Positions 43,813 through 54,200 of a stretch of 64,000 nt of DNA are shown here, piece by piece. The stretch is from positions 203,422,001-203,486,000 of the forward strand of contig NC_091288.1 in assembly GCF_032444005.1 (NCBI RefSeq). The letters run 5' to 3'. The notes beneath the pieces are model-generated. The model had not been told where the DNA came from. It saw only the letters and a program-made list of their open reading frames with translations, and made no database searches. The translations under genes were made by a program, and so were the position numbers. Position 1 is the first letter of the stretch; the number at the start of each line of letters is the position of its first letter. Source of the DNA: Ranitomeya imitator. Lineage: Eukaryota.

Positions 43813-45212
43813 AAGGCAGGAGTCCGACACCGAGCGTCCGCATTCACAGCGTGCACATTGTGTACAGAGTGTACACGTTTTTAATGCGTTTTTTTGTAAG
43901 GTGTACAGCCAGAATTCCAAGGTTAACATTCAACCCTTTCCTGCCGTCACCACTTTTCATTTGTACGCAATTGTTTTCTTCCCAAAGCCATCAATTTTTT
44001 ATTTTTTTTTTGTGGTACGTGATGTAGTTTTAAACGCCTTCCCCCATTTACGGAAAAACCGGGAAAGAAAAAAAAACAGCGTGAAATGGTGAAAAAGATG
44101 CACAATTCCGCCATTATTTTTTGGCTTTTGTTTTTACGGTGCAGATTATGCGGTAAGAACGACCCGATAATCTGATTCTCCAGGTCGGTACGATGGCGGC
44201 GATACCTAACTTACATAAATGTTTTTCTTTAACCCCTTAGTGTCCCATGACGTACATTTTGGTCATAGGTCGCTGAGGAAAGGATGATGCCAGTCGCGGA
44301 GTCTGCGCCACATCAGGATGGCAGATATGTGTGACATAGTCGGCATCTTGGTCCGGTTCTGACGCAGGGAGCGGGCCGTCATGTGACCGTAATTATGCCA
44401 TTTGCACACTACTGGCCACAATCCGACTAGCCGTGCGTCAGTACACTTGTATAGAGCGAGGGCGGACACGACTAGTCGGCATGTGACCGCATGTATGCAT
44501 GCATAATTGTGTGGCCGAGCCGTAGAATCCTGACAGTGCGCAGTGAGAATTCACAAGTCACCAGTCACATACAGTAACTGCAGACTTGCACCCCATCCTG
44601 GACAACCCCTTTAAGTCTTTTAGAGAAATCTACAGGAAAAAAAATAAACTAAAAACATATTTTTTGAAGAAGAAAGTTGATAGTCCCGTAGTCTCCTTGC
44701 AAAAGTGCTGTGGCCATGTCACATGAATACACGGGATGGGTGATAAATGTTTGATCGTGGGGGTCGGACTATGGAACCCCCACTATTCCAGAGAGTGAGG
44801 GTCTCTGTGTCTCCAGTGTGATCAAAGTGAGAGTGTAAAGACTCCATACTTTGTCTATTCAAAAAGTAGTCCCACTCCCATAGAAGTGAATGGAGCGGCG
44901 GTCACATGCGCACAATACACCTCCGTCCTCCTGGGGGGCGCCAGCACACAGACCCCCGACCATGAATTGATTCCATATGGAAAAGAATTCAGTGACATCT
45001 GGTGCACGTAGGTTTGTAATGAGGGTCCCATCGTTTCCATTCACCAGATTACTGACACAGCAATCAATTATTAGGTTTCCTCTGGCCGGCGCGGTTATGG
45101 AGGGCAGATACATCCATTTTGCCCCTCGGGCTGTCAGAGCAGGAGATTATTAGATGCAGGGAAGCTGCTCTGCTAATTGTGCGCTGGACTGATCATCTGA
45201 CCTGCAATATCA

Positions 45213-45382
45213 GGGATGCGGGGTGTGAGAAAAAGGTTGTGGCGGTGGGTCGGCTCCTCTCATCGTATCGTGTCCTGTGCCAGAGGTGAGCAGAACTTCA
45301 AAAATACCGCCATTTCCCCAACACTGTGTCCTTGATGGCATCCACGTACTGTGCTGGCACCCAGTATACCCAGCTGGATGCC
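45213..45382 (-). pseudogene. UBFD1: Orphan duplicate of the last UBFD1 coding exon plus the start of its 3'UTR, with a 26-nt deletion
   Basis: Aligns by eye to 51175-51370; encodes WVYWVPAQYVDAIKDTVLGKWRYF*; lacks the segment equivalent to 51335-51360. Confidence 0.9.
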
Positions 45383-45407
45383 AGATATATATATATATAT
45401 ACACACA

Positions 45408-46978
45408 CACTGCTCAAAAAAATAAAGGGAACACAAACAACAGAATCTAACTCCAGGTAAATCAAACTTCTGTGAAATCAAACTCTCCACTTAGGAAGCA
45501 ACAACACTCATTGACAATCAATTTCACATGCTGTTGTGCAAATGGTATAGACAACAGATGGAAATTATTGGCAATTATCAAGACACCCTCAATAAAGGAG
45601 TGGTTCTGCAGGTGGGGATCACAGACCACATCTCAGCACCAATGCTTTCTGGCTGATGTTTTGGTCATTTTTGAATGTCGGTTGTGCTTTCACACTCGTG
45701 GTAGCATGAGACGGACTCTACAACCCACACAAGTGGCTCAGGTAGTGCAGCTCATCCAGGATGGCACATCAATGTGAGCTGCGGCAAGGAGGTTTGCTGT
45801 GTCTGTCAGCGTAGTGTCCAGAGGCTGGAGGCGCTACCAGGAGACAGGCCAGTACACCAGGAGAAGTGGAGGGGGTAGGAGGGCAACAACCCAGCAGCAG
45901 GACCGCTACCTCAGCCTTTGTGCAAGGAGGAATAATAGGAGCACTGCCAGAGCCCTGCAAAATGACCCCCAGCAGGCCACAAATGTGCATGTGTCTGCAC
46001 AAAGTTAGAAACAGACTCCATGAGGATGGTCTGAGTGCCCAACATCCACAGATGAGGGTTGTGCTCACAGCCCAACATCGTGCAGGACGCTTGGCATTTG
46101 CCACAGAACACCAGGATTGGCAAATTCACCACTGGCGCCCTGTGCTCTTCACAGATGAAAGCAGGTTCACACTGCGCACATGTGACAGACGTGACAGAGT
46201 CTGGAGGTGCCGTAGAGAGCGATCTGCTGCCTGCAACATCCTTCAGCATGACCGGATTGGCAGTGGGTCAGTAATGGTGTGGGTGGCATTTCTTAGGAGG
46301 GCCGCACAGCCCTCCATGTGCTCACCAGAGGTAGCCTGACTGCCATTAGGTGCCGAGATGAGATCCTCAGACCCCTTGTGAGACCATATGCTGGTGCGGT
46401 TGGCCCTGGGTTCCTCCTAATGCAGGACAATGCCAGACCTCATGTGGCTGGAGTGTGTCAGCAGTTCCTGCAAGATGAAGGCCTTGAAGCTATGGACTGG
46501 CCCGCCTGTTCCCCAGACCTGAATCCGATTGAGCACATCTGGGACAATATGTCTCGCACCATCCACCAACGTCACGTTGCACCACAGACTTCCAGGCATT
46601 GGCGGATGCTTTAGTCCAGGTCTGGGAGGAGATCCCTCAGAAGACCGTCCGCCGCCTCATCAGGAGCATGCCCAGGCATTGTATAGAGGCCATACAGGCT
46701 CGTGGAGGCCACACACAATACTGAGCATCATTTCCTTGTCTTGAGACATTTCCACTGAAGTTGGATCAGCCTGTAATTTCATTTTCCACTTTGATTTTGA
46801 GCATCATTCCAAATCCAGACCTCTGTGGGATATTAGTCGTGATTTATGTTGATCATTTTTAGGTTTTATTGTTCTCAGCATTCCACTATGTAATGAATAA
46901 AGATTTACAACTGGAATATTTCATTCAGAGATATCTAGGATGTGGGATTTTAGTTTTCCCTTTATTTTTTGAGCAGTG
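45408..46978 (+). mobile_element. Full-length but disrupted Tc1 (DD34E) with short TIRs
   Basis: CACTGCTCAAAAAAATAAAGGGAA ... TTCCCTTTATTTTTTGAGCAGTG|TA. Frameshifted pieces VLFTDESRF and QDNARPH...SPDLNPIEHIW, with 34 residues between D and E. Confidence 0.93.
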
Positions 46979-46999
46979 TATATACACACACAAAGATAC

Positions 47000-47041
<42 letters not shown>

Positions 47042-47051
47042 TATACACACA

Positions 47052-48584
47052 CAGTGCCTTGCGAAAGTATTCGGCCCCCTGGAACTTTTCAACCTTTTCC
47101 CACATATCATGCTTCAAATATAAAGTTACCAGATGTAAATTTTTGGTAAAGAATCAACAAGTGGAACACAATTGTGAAGTTTAATAAAATTTATTGGTTA
47201 TTGAAAATTTTTGTGGAAAATCAAAAACTGAAAAGTGGGGCGTGCAATATTATTCGGCCCCTTTATCTTAATACTTTGTTGCGCCACCTTTTGCTGCGAT
47301 TACAAGTCTCTTGGGGTCTGTCTCTATCAGTTTTGTACATCGAGAGACTGAAATTCTCGCCCATTCTTCCTCGGCAAAACAGCTCGAGCTCAGTGAGGTT
47401 TGATGGAGATCCTTTGTGATCAGCAGTTTTCAGCTCTTTCCACAGATTCCCGATTGGATTGAGGTCTGGACTCTGACTTGCCCATTCTAACACCTGGATA
47501 CATTTATTTGTGAACCATTCCATTGTAGATTTCGCTTTATGTTTGGGATCATTGTCTTGTTGGAAGACAAATCTCCGTCCCAGTTTCAGGTCTTTTGCAG
47601 ACGCCAACAGGTTTTCTTCCAAGAATGGTCCTGTATTTGGCTCCATCCATCTTCCCATCAATTTTAACCATCTTCCCTGTCCCTGATGAAGAAAAGCAGG
47701 CCCAAACCATGATGCTGCCACCACCATGTTTGACTGTGGGGATGGTGTGTTCAGGGTGATGAGCTGTGTTGCCTTTATGCCAAACATATCGTTTGGCATT
47801 GTTGCCAAAAAGTTTGATTTTGGTTTCATCTGACCAGAGCATCTTCTTCCACATGTTTGGTGTCTCCCAGGTGGCTTGTTGCAAACTATTTATGGATATC
47901 TTTGAGAAATGGCTTTCTTCTTGCCAATCTTCCATAAAGGCCAGATTTGTGCAGTGTACGACTGATTGTTGTCCTATGGACAGACTGTCCCACCTCAGCT
48001 GTAGATCTCTGCAGTTTATCCTGAGTGATCATGGGCCTCTTGGCTGCATCTCTGATCAGTCTTCTCCTTGTTTGAGATGAAAGTTTAGAGGGACGGCCAG
48101 GTCTTGGTAGATTTGCAGTGGTACGATACTCCTTCCATTTCAATATGATCGCTTGCACAGTGCTCCTTGGGATGTTTAAAGTTTTGGAAATCATTTTGTA
48201 TCCAAATCCGGCTTTAAACTTCTCCACAACAGTATCACGGACCTGCCTGTTGTGTTCCTAGGTCTTCATGATGCTCTCTGTGCTTCACACAGAACCCTGA
48301 GACTATCACAGAGCAGGAGCATTTATACGGAGACTTGATTACACACAGGTGGATTATATTTATCATCATTAGGCATTTAGGACAACATTGGATCATTCAG
48401 AGATCCACAATGAACTTCTGGAGTGAGTTTGCTGCACTGAAAGTAAAGGGGCCGAATAATATTGCACTCCCCACTTTTCAGTTCTTGAATTTCCACAAAA
48501 ATTTAAAATAACCAATAAATTTTGCTCGACTTCACAATTGTGTTCTACTTGTTGTTGGTTCTTCACCAAAAATTTACATTTGGT
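47052..48584 (-). mobile_element. Disrupted Tc1 with long TIRs, right TIR truncated
   Basis: Left end CAGTGCCTTGCGAAAGTATTCGGCCCC. Frameshifted minus-strand pieces (47886-48227, 47549-47935, 47263-47829) include [10 protein letters not shown] and QQDNDPKH...[11 protein letters not shown]. The inverted copy of the TIR interior stops at 48584. Confidence 0.92.
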
Positions 48585-48632
48585 GGATGCATGGTGTATG
48601 TATGTATGTATGTATGTATGTATGTATGTATA

Positions 48633-49890
48633 CAGGGGTTGGACAAAATAAATGGAAACACCTAACATTTTGGCATCATAATCTTCGAACATGTGATAAT
48701 CTTGCAAACCGTGACATATGGAAATGTTTTGTAGTTGATTATTTGAGTTATGTGATATGTGTATGTAAATTAACTGTTTGTTTTGCATAATTGTAAGAAC
48801 ATTGATGAGAACCTGATACCAATGGCAGAACTCTCGGATTTTCAAAGAGGCCAAATTGTTGGTGCTCGTATGGCAGGCGCTAGTGTAACAGAAAGTGCCC
48901 GAATGCTTGGCGTCTCAACAGGTACTGTCTCCAAAGTAATGACTGCGTTTGAAAGCGAAGGAAAAGCGTCCGCAGCAAAGCACAGGTCCGGCCGAAAGTC
49001 AAAGTTGACTGAGAGAGACCTTCGGACTCTAAAGCAAATTGTGAGAGAGGATCGCAAGACCACGGCTCCGAAAATCACTGCTGAGCTCAATGAACACCTA
49101 CAGAACCCAGTTTCCAAGAAAACTGTTCGTCGGGAGCTGCACAAATCTGGATTCCCCGGAAGAGCTGCAATTAGAAAACTGCTGCTCTCAATGACAAATG
49201 TTCACAAGCGTTTAGAGTGGTGTAGAAACCTCCAGAATTGGTCCCTCGAGCAGTGGAAACATGAGATATTCTCAGAAGAATCATCGTTTACCCTATTTCC
49301 GGCCGAGTGTACGTTTGGAGACAGCCGAAAGAAGCATTCCATCCAGACTGCCTTCTCCCAACCGTAAAATATGGCGGAGGTTCTGTGATGATCTGGGGTG
49401 CTATTTCGTGAAGATCCGCCGGGCCAATGATATCCCTTCATGGAAGAATTAACAGCTGAGATTATTTAGGCATTTTGGGCGACCAAGTGCATCCAATGGT
49501 TCAAGCACTGTTCCCGGAGGGGAACGCCATCTTTCAGGATGATAATGCACCAATTCATACAGCTAGAATCGTTAAAGCATGGCACAAGGAACATTCTAAT
49601 GAAGCTGAGCATATCATCTGGCCCCCACAATCCCCAGACCTCAACCTTATTGAGCATTTATGGTCGATTTAAGAGATTCAAGTTAGACGTCAATTTCCGC
49701 CGCCATCGTCGCTCAAGAGAACTGGAGGGTGTTTTAACTGCAGAATGGGGATGAAATTCCTTTGGAAACAATTCACACCTTGTATGAATCCATACCTCGG
49801 AGAACTGAGGCTGTAATCGCCGCAAAAGGTGGACCTACACCAGATTAAACTAACTTTTGTCGCGGTTTCCATTATTTTGTCCAACCCCTG
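48633..49890 (+). mobile_element. 1258-bp Tc1 element with DD36E spacing (Incomer-like), inactive
   Basis: TA|CAGGGGTTGGACAAAATAAATGGAAAC ... GTTTCCATTATTTTGTCCAACCCCTG|TA. ATG at 48822 (MAELSDFQRGQIVG). QDDNAPIH...PDLNLIE has 36 residues between D and E; first catalytic D reads E (FSEES); frameshifts. Confidence 0.92.
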
Positions 49891-50013
49891 TATATGTACC
49901 TGCAGAGCTGTAAATTTGACTTCAGTACTGCAGATAATGTCAGATACCAAGAGCAGTGGAAAATCAGCGCTGGGCCTGGGGAACGTGAGCAAAGTGCGTT
50001 TTTTTTTTGTTCA

Positions 50014-50347
50014 GGGTATGTGCACACGTTGCGGATCTGCAGCAGTTTCCCATGCGGTGTACAGTACCATGTAAACCTATGGAAAACAAAATCTGCAGTG
50101 CACATGCTGCGGAAAATACCACACGGAAAAGCTGAGTTGTATTTTCTGCAGCATGTCAATTCTTTGTGCGGATTACGCAGCGTATTACACCTGTTCCTTT
50201 ATGGGAACCCGCAGGTGAAATCCGCACAAAAAACGCTGGAAGTCCGCGGATAATCTGCAGGTAAAAACTCAGTGCGTTTTACCTGCGGATTTTTCAAAAA
50301 CCAAGCAGAAAAATCCGCACGGAAATCCGCAATGTGTGCACATAGCC
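50014..50347. mobile_element. PIF/Harbinger-type palindromic MITE
   Basis: TCA|GGGTATGTGCACAC ... GTGTGCACATAGCC|TTA; same family as 3929-4290. Confidence 0.7.
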
Positions 50348-51258
50348 TTAAAGTAACGAACTGCAGCTAGAGACTGAGATTTTCCAAAAGTGGTCAACCC
50401 CTTTAACATGAAGCCTGATTTAAAGTCATTTTCTGATGACTTTACCTTTAAGCTCGTAGAGGGGTCTGTAGAAGATCCTTCATACCCCATGCACACAATG
50501 TATTACACACTTACACATTGATAAACACTTTTTTTTTTTTTTTTTAACAATGCAGCCAATCCTGCATCCATTTATTTATTATTTTCTATATTAAGAAACC
50601 CGAAAAAAAAAAAAAAAAACTTAAAAAACAAAAACAATTAAGCCGGTTGATATCCCCTCCCCCCATCGCAGTGGTGGCAGGTACTAAATAAAAAGACAAT
50701 GAATAGAAACGTTTGCCGCGCTTTATGAGGGTCTTCCTAGTAATCAGTTGGGTTTCTTGAAGGGGAACCTGCATGCAACGACGGTGCGGCATCTGCAGGC
50801 GGCAGTGTCCCAAGTTCTCCGGGGATCTCGGCATCAGATCATCCAATACTCCCTGGAGGCTGCTCTAAAAGACCTATATATTGGGGTTCCCTATAGGTCT
50901 CCCTAGCAGTAACAGGGGGTATAAAAAAAAAAAATAATAATGAGGGGATTGCTTTATTGAGTAGGATATATGGCTGATGCAGCTGCAGGTGTGATCCTGC
51001 AACGTCCAAGAGTTAAAAATGTAAACTATTGTTGGAGCGGTCACCTCTGGCTCCTATAAAATAAGCCTTCGCTGTCCCACAGGATGTTTTGCATTGGCAA
51101 AAGTTCCACTCCTGTAAGTTTCCGTGGAGCAGTGGAGGAAAGGATTGGATTGCCGGGTTGGGGTACTGGTGTCGGGGATGCGGGTGTGAGAAAAAGGTTG
51201 TGGCGGTGGGTCGGCTCCTCCCATCGTATCGTGTCCTGTGCCAGAGGTGAGCGTAACT

Positions 51259-54200
51259 TCAAAAATACTGCCATTTCCCCAACACCGTGTCCTTGATGGC
51301 ATCCACGTACTGTGCTGGCACCCAGTATACCCAGTAGTAAGATGCTTCAGTAGGACCCAGCTGAAATGCCTGTCAAAAAAAAATATATAGTATTTAGTGG
51401 GATAGAAATGTAGTATAGTTCTTCTGATTAGCTATGCTGCTTATCCCATGTGCAGGCTTTTGCAGTAGCTTAGGTAATAATAATAATCTTTATTTTTATA
51501 TAGCGCTAACATATTCCGCAGCGCTTTACAGTTTTGCACACATTATCATCACTGTCCCCATTGGGGCTCACAATCTAGAATCCCTATCAGTATGTCTTTG
51601 GAATGTGGGAGGAAACCGGAGTACCCGGAGGAAACCCACGTAACTCTTTGCAGATGTTGTCCTGGGTGGGATTAGAACCCAGGACCCCAGCGCTGCAAGG
51701 CTGCTGTGCTAACCACTGCGCCACCGTGCTGCCCATACATTGTTACGACCATTCATATAGTGACAGTTTGTGGTTAGTGGTTGTAACCATGGATACCTAA
51801 GCTACTGCAATGCCCTGAACATGGGGTAAACGACATAGCGAATCAGAAGAACTACACTCCATTTCTAATTGGAGGCATTTCCTAATATTATTACACCTAC
51901 TACATACTGGGATAGGACTTTGGAGATGGGAATAACCCTTTGAGTAAACTAGCCCACTGGACTCCTACTTCAGTCTATCACTTCTCACATATCCAGTGGT
52001 TAGGAGTTTATATATTTACTCTGGAATGGCCCTTTAAGAGCTGCAATTATCTGTATAACGTGAATGTTACCTAAAAAAGGACAGGAAGGCCCCTTACCAT
52101 CATACGATAGTCATCATGTTCTTCAATTGGCTCGGAGATTACATTTTTAATAGAACCCATGGGGATTTTTTCTGTTCTTTCTGCATAAAAAAATATAATA
52201 ATTATCACAATTCTTTGCATGGATCGGCTTAACCAAGTCTACAGGCTGTACAGAAGACCTGACACAGAGCGACGGACTATGGGCTGGAGTTATTACATGA
52301 ACAGACAAGATCAACGGCTGCCGAGGAAAAAGCCATTTCACCTGTGTCCGGCCATTTACGTAAAGAGTGGAGTTACTTTAAGTATCCTGAGTTACATCCT
52401 GTATTATACCCCAGAGCTGCACTCACTATTCTGCTGGTGCAGTCACTGTATACATACATTACATTACTGATCCTGAGTTACATCCTGTATTATACTCCAG
52501 AGCTACACTCACTATTCTGCTGGTGCAGTCACTGTGTACATACATTACATTACTGATCCTGAGTTACATCCTGTATTATACTCCAGAGCTGCATTCACTA
52601 TTCTGCTGGTGCAGTCACTGTGTACATACATTACATTACTGATCCTGAGTTACATCCTGTATTATACCCCAGAGCTGCACTCACTGTGTACATACATTAC
52701 TGATCCTGAGTTACATCCTGTATTATACTCCAGAGCTGCACTCACTATTCTGCTGGTGCAGTCACTGTGTACATACATTACATTACTGATCCTGAGTTAC
52801 ATCCTGTATTTTACCCCAGAGCTGCACTCACTGTGTACATACATTACTGATCCTGAGTTACATCCTGTATTATACCCCAGAGCTGCACTCACTATTCTGC
52901 TGGTGCAGTCACTGTGTACATACATTACATTAATGATCCTGAGTTACATCCTGTATTATACCCCAGAGCTGCACTCACTATTCTGCTGGTGCAGTCACTG
53001 TGTACATACATTACTGATCCTGAGTTACATCCTGTATTATACTCCAGAGCTGCACTCACTATTCTGCTGGTGCAGTCACTGTGTACATACATTACATTAC
53101 TGATCCTGAGTTACATCCCGTATTATACCCCAGAGCTGCACTCACTATTCTGCTGGTGCAGTCACTGTGTGTGTACATACATTACATTACTGATCCTGAG
53201 TTACATCCTGTATTATACCCCAGAGCTGCACTCACTATTCTGCTGGTGCAGTCACTGTGTACATACATTACATTACTGATCCCGAGTTACATCCTGTATT
53301 ATACCCCAGAGCTGCACTCACTATTCTGCTGGTGCAGTCACTGTGTACATTACATTACTGATCCTGAGTTACATCCTGTATTATACCCCAGAGCTGCACT
53401 CACTATTCTGCTGGTGCAGTCTCTGTGTACATACATTACATTACTGATCCTGAGTTACATCCTGTATTATACCCCAGAGCTGCACTCACTATTCTGCTGG
53501 TGCAGTCACTGTGTACATTACATTACTGATCCTGAGTTACATCCTGTATTATACCCCAGAGCTGCACTCACTATTCTGCTGGTGCAGTCTCTGTGTACAT
53601 ACATTACATTACTGATCCTGAGTTACATCCTGTATTATACCCCAGAGCTGCACTCACTATTCTGCTGGTGCAGTCACTGTGTACATTACATTACTGATCC
53701 TGAGTTACATCCTGTATTATACTCCAGAGCTGCACTCACTATTCTGCTGGTGCAGTCACTGTGTACATACATTACATTACTGATCCTGAGTTACATCCTG
53801 TATTATACCCCAGAGCTGCACTCACTATTCTGCTGGTGCAGTCCCTGTGTACATACATTACATTACTGATCCCGAGTTACATCCTGTATTATACCCCAGA
53901 GCTGCACTCACTGTTCTGCTGGTGCAGTCACTGTGCACATACATTACATTACTGATCCCGAGTTACATCCTGTATTATACCCCAGAGCTGCACTCACTGT
54001 TCTGCTGGTGCAGTCACTGTGTACATACATTACTGATCCTGAGTTACATCCTGTATTATACCCCAGAGCTGCACTCACTATTCTGCTGGTGCAGTCACTG
54101 TGTACATACATTACATTACTGATCCTGAGTTATATCCTGTATTACACTCCAGAGCTGCACTCACTATTCTGCTGGTGCAGTCCCTGTGTACATACATTAC

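Noticed and set aside
43930-44330. TTAACCCCTT-type degraded element fragments (also near 30760-31030)
   Set aside because: Probably remnants of a common non-autonomous TTAA element, but the ends could not be defined well enough to call.
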